Source: a virus
Taxonomy: Duplodnaviria > Caudoviricetes
Direction: 5' to 3' (one strand)
Virus record (IMG/VR): IMGVR_UViG_3300035148_000256
Location: 1-41,232 of that record
DNA: 41,232 bases
Shown: piece by piece, positions 1-8,777 of the stretch
Position numbering within the stretch: the first letter of the stretch is position 1
Layout of the letters: every line of letters starts with the position of its first letter
Program-made: the position numbers and the translations under genes
Notes under the pieces: generated by a model
Told to the model about the DNA's origin: nothing
The model's database searches: none
The model's input: the letters and a program-made list of their open reading frames with translations, nothing else

Positions 1-1
1 C

Positions 2-2464
2 ACGATCACGACGGCCACGCGCACGGCCACGGTCACGATCACCGACGACAAGGGGTTCGGCCCGTATGCGGACGCGTTGATCGCGCCGGCGCTCGCGCAT
101 CGCACGGCGCTCGGCACGCCTGTCGTGTCCACGGCGGGCGTCAGTCCCGGAACACCGCAAGCCAGCATCACGCTGGCCGGTGGCGAGCCTGTCGCGGCGA
201 GTGGCGTCACCGCTGCCACGGTTGTTCCCGGCGCGAAGACGATTGCGGTTGATGCGCAGCAACTCGCGTCGGCGGCGGCGTCGGTCGCCGCTGCCACGGT
301 TGTCGGCGGCGTGCAGCTTCCCGACGCCGTGTGGCTCGACGGCCAATCCGCGCTGTCGGTTCCCAGTGATACCACCGTCGTTGAATGGCCGTGGCTCAAC
401 GGCGTCAGCGGCGGCTCCTTGCCCGCATCCCCGGCGCTTGAAGCCTCCACGGGTTCGCAAACGATCAACGGCGACGCGCCGAATGCAGCGGCGGTCGTCA
501 CCGCTGCGACCGTGGTGCCGGGGGCCGTCACGATCGCTGGCGTTGCGCCAGAGGCGAGCGCGCTCGTCGCTGCTGCCACGGTGCAATCATCGGTCACGAT
601 TGCGGGGCAGGGCGTCGCCGCGCAAGCCGGGGTGACTGCTGCCGCACTGGTCGCGGGCGCCATCACGATCGCAGGGCAACCCGTCGCGGCAACGGCAAAC
701 GTCACAGCCGCGACGCTAGTGGCCGCAACGACCATCGCGGGCCAGCCGGTCGTCGTTACGCACGCGATCACCGCTGCCACGCGCATCGCCACCATCACAC
801 GCGCGGGGCAACAGTGCGTCGTTGAAGCCACGGTTGATCCCGCCACGCGCATCGCCACCGTCACGATCGCGGGGCAACTGGTCAACGCGAACGCCGCGCT
901 GACGACGGCGACGCGCATCGCTACCGTGACGATCGTGGGCGTGGCGCCGCAGGCGACCGCCGCAGTGAACGCCGCCACGCGGATCGCGACGGTCACGCTG
1001 GCGGGGCAACCGCTGAACGCCAGCGCAGGCGTCACGGCGGCAACGCTGCTGCCGGGAGCCACCACGATCGCGGGGCAGGCCGTTGGCGCGGTCGCGGCCA
1101 TCGACGCCGCATCCGTGGTCACGCAGGGCGCGCCGCAGACCATCAACGGCGCGCAGGTGGGCGCAGCCGCCACCGTCGATGTTGCCACGGTGGTCGCGGG
1201 CGCCATCACGATCGCGGGCGCGGCGGTTCCGTCCACCTGCGCCGTGAACGCGGCCACGCTGCTGCCGGGGGTCGCCACGATCGCGGGGCAACCCGTTGCC
1301 GCGACGGTCGCGGTTCAACCCGCAGCGACCACCGCGCGGATCACGATCGCGGGGCAGAGCATCGACGCGCGCGGGGTTGTAGACGCGGCGGCGCGGATCG
1401 CGACGGTCACCATCGCCGGTCAAGCGGTGGGCGCGACGGCGGGCGTGAGCGTGGCGACGCTGGCGCCGGGGCTGACAACGCTGGCGGGCCAATCGGTCGG
1501 CGCCACGGGCAACGTCACGGCGGCAGCGGTGCAATCGGTCGGGCCTCCGTCCACGTATGTCTTCAGGCGGCGGCTGCACGGATCGTCGGCGCGCGGGCTG
1601 TTCCGGTTCCACAGCGGCGTGCGCACCTCGCGCGTCCTGCTCGAAACCGTGGCGCCGGAAACGCCGCAAACCATCGCCGGGGCGCTGGTGGGCGCGACGG
1701 CGGGCGTCACAACCGCCACGCTGATCGGGCCGCAGGCGATCACCGGGGTCGCGCCAGATGCCGCAGCGGGCGTCACGGCGGCGGCGCTCCTGCCGGGGGC
1801 CGTCACCATCGCGGGCGTCGCGCCGAATGCGACCGCAGGCATCACAGCCGGGGCGGTGCAGGCCACGCGCACCATCGCGGGCGCGGCACCTGCGGCGACG
1901 GCGGCGGTCACTGCCGGGGCGCTTCAGGCGGCGATCGCCATCCCCGGTCAGCCGGTAGGAGCCTCAGCAGGGGCCACCAGCGCCTCTGTGGGCGCAGGGG
2001 CGGTCACGGTAGGGGGTAGCGCCCCCGGCGCGGCGGCGGGCGTCCTAGAGGCCAGCGTAGGCGGTTCTGGCGTCCTTCTCGGGCAGGCCGTGGCCGCGAG
2101 CGCAGGCGTGGCTCCAGCGGCGCTCCTGCCGGGACCGGCCACGCTGACCGGGCAGGCGGTCGCGGTTAGCGCCGACGTCGCCGGAGCGACGATCATCCTC
2201 GGCGCCGCGACGATCGCGGGCAGCGCGCCGAACGCGACCGCGCTCGTGGCGGTGGGCGACGTCATCGTGGGAGCCATCCCGCCACCGGGGGCGGCGCGGC
2301 TCCTTCATCCGCTCACCGAGGCGCGCACGCTGCGCACGGTCGCGGAAACGCGCATCCTTGTGTTGGCCTCCGAGACGCGCATCTTGGCGCTCGAAGCCGA
2401 GGCACGTATACTGGCGCTCGCGGGTGAGCGTCGCATCCCGACCATCACGCCGACTGGAGTCTAA
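2..2464 (+). CDS. Ala/Thr/Val-rich repetitive virion protein (tail-fibre-like), 5'-truncated
   Basis: Frame is open from base 2; ~21-aa repeats TIAGQxVxAxAxVxAAT; C-terminal 9-aa ExRxL repeats; sits just before the lysis cassette. Confidence 0.65.
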   Translation, partial: TITTATRTATVTITDDKGFGPYADALIAPALAHRTALGTPVVSTAGVSPGTPQASITLAGGEPVAASGVTAATVVPGAKTIAVDAQQLASAAASVAAATVVGGVQLPDAVWLDGQSALSVPSDTTVVEWPWLNGVSGGSLPASPALEASTGSQTINGDAPNAAAVVTAATVVPGAVTIAGVAPEASALVAAATVQSSVTIAGQGVAAQAGVTAAALVAGAITIAGQPVAATANVTAATLVAATTIAGQPVVVTHAITAATRIATITRAGQQCVVEATVDPATRIATVTIAGQLVNANAALTTATRIATVTIVGVAPQATAAVNAATRIATVTLAGQPLNASAGVTAATLLPGATTIAGQAVGAVAAIDAASVVTQGAPQTINGAQVGAAATVDVATVVAGAITIAGAAVPSTCAVNAATLLPGVATIAGQPVAATVAVQPAATTARITIAGQSIDARGVVDAAARIATVTIAGQAVGATAGVSVATLAPGLTTLAGQSVGATGNVTAAAVQSVGPPSTYVFRRRLHGSSARGLFRFHSGVRTSRVLLETVAPETPQTIAGALVGATAGVTTATLIGPQAITGVAPDAAAGVTAAALLPGAVTIAGVAPNATAGITAGAVQATRTIAGAAPAATAAVTAGALQAAIAIPGQPVGASAGATSASVGAGAVTVGGSAPGAAAGVLEASVGGSGVLLGQAVAASAGVAPAALLPGPATLTGQAVAVSADVAGATIILGAATIAGSAPNATALVAVGDVIVGAIPPPGAARLLHPLTEARTLRTVAETRILVLASETRILALEAEARILALAGERRIPTITPTGV

Positions 2465-2465
2465 G

Positions 2466-2774
2466 ATGGCAAGTTCACGGACGCTGCTTGAAGCCAAAGA
2501 TCCATCCGACGTGAAGGAGTACGGCATCGACTGGTCGGCGGTATTGACCGCCGAAGGCGCCACCGGCATCGCCACAAGTACGTGGAGCGATCCCGATCCG
2601 AACGACGGCGTCTTGGTGAAGGGATCGGGCTACATCTTGACCCACGTGACGACGCTGTGGCTCTCCGGGGGAACCCCCGGCACCACCTACGCACTCACGA
2701 ACACCATCACCACTTCTGGCGGCATCCAGCGCACGCATCAGCGCACGATCTATGTGCCTTGCAAGGAGCGATGA
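2466..2774 (+). CDS. Small phage virion protein (KDP..EYGIDW type, putative fibre adaptor)
   Basis: ATG 2466 directly after the upstream stop; KDPSDVKEYGIDW...WLSGGTPG.TY.LTN.ITT pattern seen in phage proteins next to fibres. Confidence 0.6.
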   Translation: MASSRTLLEAKDPSDVKEYGIDWSAVLTAEGATGIATSTWSDPDPNDGVLVKGSGYILTHVTTLWLSGGTPGTTYALTNTITTSGGIQRTHQRTIYVPCKER

Positions 2775-3235
2775 TGACAGAAGACTACGTGAGCGGCGCA
2801 GAATTCGGTCGATTCTTGCAGGACTTCTCGCGCTTCCAAGATCGCCTCGAACGCCGACTCAACGACGGCTTCGGCGGCATGAACGCGCGCCTCGATGATC
2901 TGAATGGGCGCACGCGGAAGAACAGCGAGGCCATCGCTGCGGCGGTGGTGCGGCTCGACGCGATCGAAAACGAAGACAGCGAAATCGAACGCGCAGTCGC
3001 CAACATTCGCGATCACGGCTGCTCACAGCTTGAGTCGCACGCTACCGTGATGCGCGCGGTCGCCAACGGTGGCGACGGCGATGGCGACCTCTTGAGCGGC
3101 TACTGGCCGCGCAAGAAGAAGATCGCGGTCGGCGGCGGGCTGCTGGCGCTTGGCGGCGTCATTGGGACGCTGCTGCTGGAGATGATCAAGGCCGCGCACC
3201 ACGCGCTTGACTTGACGAGGCCGCTGATCAAATGA
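2771..3235 (+). CDS. Coiled-coil protein with C-terminal TM segment (lysis-cassette membrane protein)
   Basis: AAGGAG RBS; ATGA overlap; hydrophobic IAVGGGLLALGGVIGTLLLEMI after KKK. Confidence 0.6.
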   Translation: MMTEDYVSGAEFGRFLQDFSRFQDRLERRLNDGFGGMNARLDDLNGRTRKNSEAIAAAVVRLDAIENEDSEIERAVANIRDHGCSQLESHATVMRAVANGGDGDGDLLSGYWPRKKKIAVGGGLLALGGVIGTLLLEMIKAAHHALDLTRPLIK

Positions 3236-3759
3236 CGACCGACGAGATCATCACCGGCATCCTTGCGCGCGAGGGCAGCGAGTTCACCGACGATCCGGTT
3301 GACGCTGGTGGCCCGACCAAATACGGCATCACGCTGCGCACGCTGCGGGCCTATCGCGGCGACGACACGCTGACCGCCGCCGATGTCAAGGCACTCACCG
3401 AAGCCGAGGCCCGCGAGGTTTACGCCAAACGCTACATCCACGACACGGGCTTCGACCAGATCCTCGATCCGTGGACGCGCGCGTTCGTGGTGGACATGGG
3501 CGTGCTGCAAGGCCCGCGTGCGGCGACGCTGCTGCTGCAACGGGCGCTGCGCACGGTCGCGGTGGATGGCGTCTTCGGCGATGAAACACTGGCGGCGGTC
3601 AATCGCGCACCGATGAACGGCTTGAAGAAGAACCTGATCACGCTTCGCCTGCAACACCTGCTCGCCTGCGCGCTGGCCGATGTGCCTCGCGACGTGATCG
3701 ATCGCACGGACCTGAAATTCCTCAAGGGGTGGATCAACCGCGTGGCGACGTTCCTGTGA
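3232..3759 (+). CDS. Endolysin, glycoside hydrolase family 108
   Basis: REG..FTDDPVDAGGPTKYGIT motif; later AVDGVFGDETLAA and FLKGWINRV. Confidence 0.9.
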   Translation: MTTDEIITGILAREGSEFTDDPVDAGGPTKYGITLRTLRAYRGDDTLTAADVKALTEAEAREVYAKRYIHDTGFDQILDPWTRAFVVDMGVLQGPRAATLLLQRALRTVAVDGVFGDETLAAVNRAPMNGLKKNLITLRLQHLLACALADVPRDVIDRTDLKFLKGWINRVATFL

Positions 3760-3766
3760 GGCCGGT

Positions 3767-5113
3767 ATGAACGAACTTCGATCTCCTAACGGTCGGTACA
3801 ACGCACAGCTTCAGGATGACGGCAACTTCGTCATCTACGCGCCGAACGGTCGCCCCATCTTTGCGACCGGCGCAGATCCCACGCCAGATACACCGCCGCG
3901 TCCTCCAGAACCGCCGACTCCCGGTGATCGGGCTGGCCGCGTGCGCATGTGCGGGCGATCCATGTGCGACGATGGCGGGTCATACCTGCCGGTCGGGACG
4001 TCGCTGTTCTACGCGGTGCGCGATCCGCGACCGCTGGCCGAGATCAATCTCCAGTGGGCGCGCGGCGAGGGCGTGGATTTCGTGCGGGTGTTGTCCGAGA
4101 CAACCGACTGGCCGCAACACCTGCGCACCGATCCGCGCCTGCCAGATTTCGGCGCCAAGCTGGACGACACGTTTGCGCTGGCGCGCGAGAACCACACGCG
4201 CATCGCGTGGACGCTGTTCGGCGGCAACGCGCTCACCTCGCGCGAGCAAGAGCGCGTGATGCAGGAGGTGTTGGCGCGGGCCGACGCCGCGCCCGAGACT
4301 GTGCAATCGTTTGAGATCAGCAACGAGGGGCAGGGCTTCCGCGACACGCAGGGCGGCGCACGGATGCGCGCGTTTGCGGCGGTCATCGCGGCGCACGGAT
4401 TCCCGACCGCGCTCACCTCGGCGGCGCATGGCAGCGACGGCATCTACCGCGACAGCGCGGCCACGTTTGCGACCGAACACTTCGAGCGCGTGATGGGCGA
4501 GCAGGGCTGGCGCCCCGTGCGTCAACCGTGGGGCTATTGGGAGCGGCAAGGCTACCCGCCGACCTTCGGCAATAACGAGCCGGTCGGCATCGGCAGCAGC
4601 GTCGCCTCCGACGACAACGCGCGGCGCCTGATCTGCGCAGCGGTCGTCACGTGGATCGCTGGCGGCTGCGCGCACGTGGTGCATACGGGCGCGGGCATCT
4701 ACGGCGCCGAGTCGGATCATCCGGTGGGCGGACACCGACCGACGAACCTGTGGGAGCAGCCGTCGCTCTCGCCGACGCTGCGCGGGATCGCGGCGCTGCG
4801 GTCGCTCTTGCCCGCTGACCTGTCGAATTGGGCGCGGCAGAATCACTACTGGACGGGGCATCCGTTCGCGTTTGACGAACACGCGGTCGGTGATGATGCG
4901 CTGGCGAACAACCTCGGCTGCGTGCGCGCCTACGCTGCCACCAAGGGCGGATACAGCGTATGCCTGCCGATCGGGGTCATGCAGCGCGTCACGCTCACGC
5001 CGAAGCAGGCGATGCGGTGGGCGACCTACAACGTTCTCGACGGCACCAAGACACGCGAGGGCGAAGGCCCGCTCACGCTCACGACCGAGGAATTGATCCT
5101 CGGCGCTTCCTAG
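3767..5113 (+). CDS. Bulb-type lectin motif + Pro linker + putative GH-A clan TIM-barrel glycoside hydrolase
   Basis: QDDGNFVIY fits QxDxNxVxY; PTPDTPPRPPEPPTP linker; GVDFVRV, FEISNE and NNEP motifs. Confidence 0.6.
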   Translation: MNELRSPNGRYNAQLQDDGNFVIYAPNGRPIFATGADPTPDTPPRPPEPPTPGDRAGRVRMCGRSMCDDGGSYLPVGTSLFYAVRDPRPLAEINLQWARGEGVDFVRVLSETTDWPQHLRTDPRLPDFGAKLDDTFALARENHTRIAWTLFGGNALTSREQERVMQEVLARADAAPETVQSFEISNEGQGFRDTQGGARMRAFAAVIAAHGFPTALTSAAHGSDGIYRDSAATFATEHFERVMGEQGWRPVRQPWGYWERQGYPPTFGNNEPVGIGSSVASDDNARRLICAAVVTWIAGGCAHVVHTGAGIYGAESDHPVGGHRPTNLWEQPSLSPTLRGIAALRSLLPADLSNWARQNHYWTGHPFAFDEHAVGDDALANNLGCVRAYAATKGGYSVCLPIGVMQRVTLTPKQAMRWATYNVLDGTKTREGEGPLTLTTEELILGAS

Positions 5114-5125
5114 AAGGGACCACAC

Positions 5126-5383
5126 ATGGATCTGATCATCAAGAACCTCATCGGGACAGCGGTGCGCTGGCTGCTCACTTCGGTCGGCGCGTGGTTGGTG
5201 GCGCAGGGCATCTTGCAGAGCGGCGCGCAGGTCGAGTGGGTCGCTGGTGCAGTGGCGATCGTGACCGCGCTGGTGTGGGGTCTCTATCAGAAGTTCGTCG
5301 CGGCCAAGCTGCTCAAGACGGCGATGGAGCTTCCGGCTGGCGCCACGCTGATCGAAGTCAAGGCCGCTGCGAAGAACGGTTGA
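5126..5383 (+). CDS. Putative holin
   Basis: 85 aa, two hydrophobic segments, basic C-terminus, within the lysis cassette. Confidence 0.65.
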   Translation: MDLIIKNLIGTAVRWLLTSVGAWLVAQGILQSGAQVEWVAGAVAIVTALVWGLYQKFVAAKLLKTAMELPAGATLIEVKAAAKNG

Positions 5384-5389
5384 CTGGCG

Positions 5390-5716
5390 ATGGCACCCGA
5401 GAGCGCATTCCCAACGGCGCCATCCACGCCGACCACGTATCCTCTCGGCGCGGCGAACGGCGTCGCGATGAACACGCCACCGGAGATCCTGCTGCCATCG
5501 ATCACGGCGGCGGTGAAGCAGGCCGCGACCGCCATCCCCGATGACAAGCGCGGCGCGCTGGTGGGCGTCGTCTGTCCCACGGGCGTCAACCTCGCGGTGG
5601 TGTCGCGCCTCGGTGATGATGTGACCGTGACCGCGTGGCTTGGCAAGACGTGGCAATCGAAGAACCCCGGCGCGTCGCCGTGGTCATACGGCGCGCAAGT
5701 GGTCTATACGTTCTGA
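5390..5716 (+). CDS. Hypothetical protein ending in four predicted beta-strands and a terminal Phe
   Basis: ORF directly after the holin; ends WSYGAQVVYTF. Confidence 0.6.
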   Translation: MAPESAFPTAPSTPTTYPLGAANGVAMNTPPEILLPSITAAVKQAATAIPDDKRGALVGVVCPTGVNLAVVSRLGDDVTVTAWLGKTWQSKNPGASPWSYGAQVVYTF

Positions 5717-5887
5717 TCGCGTGGTGGCGCCGCGCGTGAGGACGGTGGTGAGGCGGGCGGTCGAGGTTTCCGGCCCCGACCGCCCGCGCAGCCAGAATAT
5801 CGCTGGCCGCTGGTGGCGCCGCGCACAGTATCTCATACCTGCCAGCCACGTGCAAATTCATCAATGAAATCCGGCGAATCTTCGGTG

Positions 5888-5917
5888 TTGACACGGGGTT
5901 GGCTGAATTGGGATAAT
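5888..5917 (+). promoter_or_regulatory. Early promoter P1 (sigma70-like)
   Basis: TTGACA-18 nt-GATAAT with a TGn extension; contains TGAATTGGG. Confidence 0.8.
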
Positions 5918-5959
5918 ACTGTCACGGTCGATGGTGGCCGCACAGAAGGAGACGACGCG

Positions 5960-6223
5960 ATGGCAACGGCACACATGGAAGCGCAGCGGAAGCGGTTCGC
6001 CCTCTACTACCCGGAGACCCCGGCGCAGGAATCGAAGGTGGCGCAGGCGATCGAGGCGATCGCCGCTGCCAGCGCCCGCGCCCGCACCGAGTGGAAGCGC
6101 GGCATCACCAAGGGGCAGGCGTTCAGCGATTGCGTGGTGCCGGTGTTGATCCGCTACCGCTCGACCGGCGCGCACGACACCGCCTCGCGCGAGGCGATTT
6201 GGGACGCGACGTTCACCCGCTAA
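5960..6223 (+). CDS. Hypothetical early protein
   Basis: GGAGACGAC at 5948 precedes ATG 5960; first gene after P1. Confidence 0.7.
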   Translation: MATAHMEAQRKRFALYYPETPAQESKVAQAIEAIAAASARARTEWKRGITKGQAFSDCVVPVLIRYRSTGAHDTASREAIWDATFTR

Positions 6224-6258
6224 CCGGCAACGCAGCACACAGAAGAGGAGATGACGCC

Positions 6259-6534
6259 ATGACAACCCGATGGACGGCCCCGCTGGACGGCGCGACGGTG
6301 CAGGCAGTGATCACGATGGTCGCGGTGGCGAGCGTGATGCAGTATGAGATGCGGCCCGCCGCGATCGCGACGCAGCGCGACGCCGAGCGCGTGATGGACG
6401 AGTGGCGCGGCAAGATCGACGCGGCGCTCCTCGCGCGGCACACCTCGCTGGAACTGCTGACCGGCCCGACCGACCAGCAAGACATCCTCCGCGCGGAAGT
6501 GGCGATCGCCCGCATCCTCGGCGAGCGTCGGTAG
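6259..6534 (+). CDS. Hypothetical early protein
   Basis: GAGGAGATGAC RBS; ATG 6259. Confidence 0.7.
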   Translation: MTTRWTAPLDGATVQAVITMVAVASVMQYEMRPAAIATQRDAERVMDEWRGKIDAALLARHTSLELLTGPTDQQDILRAEVAIARILGERR

Positions 6535-6550
6535 GCTCGCGCGTTGAGCA

Positions 6551-6568
6551 GGACCGCTTCGGCGGTCC
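6551..6568 (+). other. Intergenic hairpin with UUCG loop
   Basis: GGACCGC-TTCG-GCGGTCC; no U-tract. Confidence 0.65.
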
Positions 6569-6613
6569 ACCTGAACGCACGAACCGGCAACGCAGCACAC
6601 AGAGGAGACGACG

Positions 6614-7288
6614 ATGAGCAAGCGCAGCAAGCAGCACCGGCAGGGCAAGGCCACGCAGCCGCGCGTGGTCTTCGAGTTGAGCAGCTACACCAAGGCGCAG
6701 CTAGAAGCCGCCGCCAAATCGCGCGCCGCCGCGCAGCGCGGATTGAACAACGCCTTCGCCGCCAAGCGCGCCGCCGAGGAGCGCACGAAGAAGCAGACCA
6801 AGGCGCTCATGGCGCTGCCCGCCCGCGTGCGCAAGGACGGCACGGGGACGATCGTGCGGCGCACGGAGAACGTGGTCGCCGCGCGCACGATCGCCAAGGC
6901 CGAGCGCCACGCCACCAAGCCGCTGTCGAACGCGGAACTGGCGAAGCAGGCGCACGCGATCGTGGCGCGCCGGAACGTGGCCTCGCCGCTGATGCCCGAG
7001 GCTCCCGGCTTCCCCGGCGTCCCGAGCGGCCTGCCGCTGCTGATGGGCGCCACCTTCAGCGACGCCGACAACGCGGCACTGCGCGCCGACCTGTGGACGC
7101 TGCTGACCGCCACGCTGCCGAACCCGACGCGCACGCGCTGCGAGCGCACCGCCGACGACGGCCACATCTGCGGCATGCCCGCCGTGGGCCGTGGCAACCA
7201 CGGGCTGAACACCTGCCAGATGCACGACCGCGAGGCGCGCCTCGCGCTGGTGATGGCGCGCATCCAGCGCCGCCCCGCCGATCAGTAG
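6614..7288 (+). CDS. Basic hypothetical protein with C-terminal Cys/His cluster
   Basis: GGAGACGACGATG start; C...C...C..H near the C-terminus. Confidence 0.7.
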   Translation: MSKRSKQHRQGKATQPRVVFELSSYTKAQLEAAAKSRAAAQRGLNNAFAAKRAAEERTKKQTKALMALPARVRKDGTGTIVRRTENVVAARTIAKAERHATKPLSNAELAKQAHAIVARRNVASPLMPEAPGFPGVPSGLPLLMGATFSDADNAALRADLWTLLTATLPNPTRTRCERTADDGHICGMPAVGRGNHGLNTCQMHDREARLALVMARIQRRPADQ

Positions 7289-7344
7289 AGCGACCATGCA
7301 CGGGGGCGCCCCACGGGGCGCCCCGCATTGAGGAGACGACGACC

Positions 7345-7560
7345 ATGTTGCTGCGCCACATCGCCCGCCCCGGAAGCCTCGATGCGATCGTGAACGCCGA
7401 CCGCCTGCGCTGCGAGCCGCGCTCGCTGCGCTTCAAGGTATATGACGCCGAAGGCCACCTGATCGAAGAAGGCGACCTGCTCGATGCGCTGCACGCGCAC
7501 CTCGAAGAAGGCGACGTGATCTTCGATGCCCGCACCGACCGCGTGCTGGCGAGCCGGTAG
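7345..7560 (+). CDS. Hypothetical early protein
   Basis: GGAGACGAC at 7332; ATG 7345. Confidence 0.65.
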   Translation: MLLRHIARPGSLDAIVNADRLRCEPRSLRFKVYDAEGHLIEEGDLLDALHAHLEEGDVIFDARTDRVLASR

Positions 7561-7574
7561 TAAAGGAGACGACG

Positions 7575-8195
7575 ATGCCGAGACCACTTGCGAACATCAT
7601 GCTGCCACGGCCCATCAGCTTCAGCGCGCGATCGATCAGCGCCCTGCCGACGATCACGTTCCGCGACGACCACGCCACGGCCACACCGGAACTGTCCGAA
7701 CTGTTCAGCACCACGCGCCATCCGCACGCGCTGATCGTGCGCCGCATCTACGGCAACACCTACGCGATCGAAGTGAACCGTCTGCACGGCACCAGCCACG
7801 GGACGCCGCGCCCGATCAGCGTCGTCGTGGCGCGGTGGTCGCCGCTGGAGAACCGCTGGCTGCGATCGATGCTGTTCAGGCCGCGCCAGTTCGACACGAT
7901 GGCCGCTGCCGCGCGCTACGTGAACCGAGCGGTCGCCAACTACGCCGCGCGTGAACGCACGATCGCCGACAACCGCTGGCGCGATGCGGATCAGGTGGCG
8001 GGCGAGCCGCCGATGCGCGACCCGCGCACGGCTGTCACCACGCGCCGCGCACTCTCCAACTTGGCGCAGCCAGCGATCGCGTTGAGCCTGCGGGCGCCGC
8101 ACTGCCCCGTGTGCGCCACGGCGGTCGCCACGCACGGCGACCTGTGCGCGGCCTGCCGGGACGCGGGCCGGAACGCGGCCAACGGCGAACTCTAG
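7575..8195 (+). CDS. Hypothetical protein with C-terminal CxxC...CxxC zinc ribbon
   Basis: GGAGACGACGATG start; CPVC...CAAC. Confidence 0.7.
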   Translation: MPRPLANIMLPRPISFSARSISALPTITFRDDHATATPELSELFSTTRHPHALIVRRIYGNTYAIEVNRLHGTSHGTPRPISVVVARWSPLENRWLRSMLFRPRQFDTMAAAARYVNRAVANYAARERTIADNRWRDADQVAGEPPMRDPRTAVTTRRALSNLAQPAIALSLRAPHCPVCATAVATHGDLCAACRDAGRNAANGEL

Positions 8196-8235
8196 ACCCC
8201 GGTTTCGGCCAATGAATACGGGCAAATCTTCGATG

Positions 8236-8265
8236 TTGACAGGGGGTTGGTTGAATTGGGATAAT
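8236..8265 (+). promoter_or_regulatory. Early promoter P2 (near-duplicate of P1)
   Basis: TTGACA-18 nt-GATAAT; 8210-8288 aligns ungapped to 5862-5940 (67/79 by hand count). Confidence 0.8.
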
Positions 8266-8304
8266 GTTGCCACGGTCGATGTTGACCGGATGAGAGGAGA
8301 CGAC

Positions 8305-8763
8305 ATGGCGAACGGCACAGCGGCGGCAACGATGGATCGGACGGCGGGCGTCTCGCGCGCGTTTGCGCTGGCGGGCCGCGCGGTGTTCACGGTGTCGAAC
8401 GAGGTCAGCGGCGAACGCTACACCTACCGCGTGAACGCCAAGCCGAGCCGCACCAACCCGAACGACCACACCTACTTCGTGAGCCTGCTCGCGGGCAGCG
8501 ACAACGAAAGCGACTACCGCTACATCGGCCTCCTCGATCCGGCCACCTTGGAAGTGCGCACGACCGCCCGCAGCCAGTACCGCGCCGACAGCAAGCCGGT
8601 GCAGGTGGTGGCGTGGGCGCTGCGCCACGTTGCGGCCTCGCGCGCCCTGCCGACCGGCTACGCGCTGCGCCACGCGGGGCGGTGCGGGCGCTGCGGGCGC
8701 CTGCTGACCGTGCCGGAATCGATCGACAGCGGGTTCGGCCCCGAGTGCATTGGTCGCCTGTAG
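8305..8763 (+). CDS. DUF6011-like zinc-finger protein
   Basis: C-terminal CGRCGRLLTVPESIDSGFGPEC; GGAGACGAC start. Confidence 0.8.
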   Translation: MANGTAAATMDRTAGVSRAFALAGRAVFTVSNEVSGERYTYRVNAKPSRTNPNDHTYFVSLLAGSDNESDYRYIGLLDPATLEVRTTARSQYRADSKPVQVVAWALRHVAASRALPTGYALRHAGRCGRCGRLLTVPESIDSGFGPECIGRL

Positions 8764-8777
8764 GAGTGGAGGACGCC

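Larger units (their letters stand above)
6222..6603 (+). repeat. 22-bp direct repeat AACCGGCAACGCAGCACACAGA (6222-6243 and 6582-6603)
   Basis: Exact copies, each directly upstream of an RBS. Confidence 0.85.
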
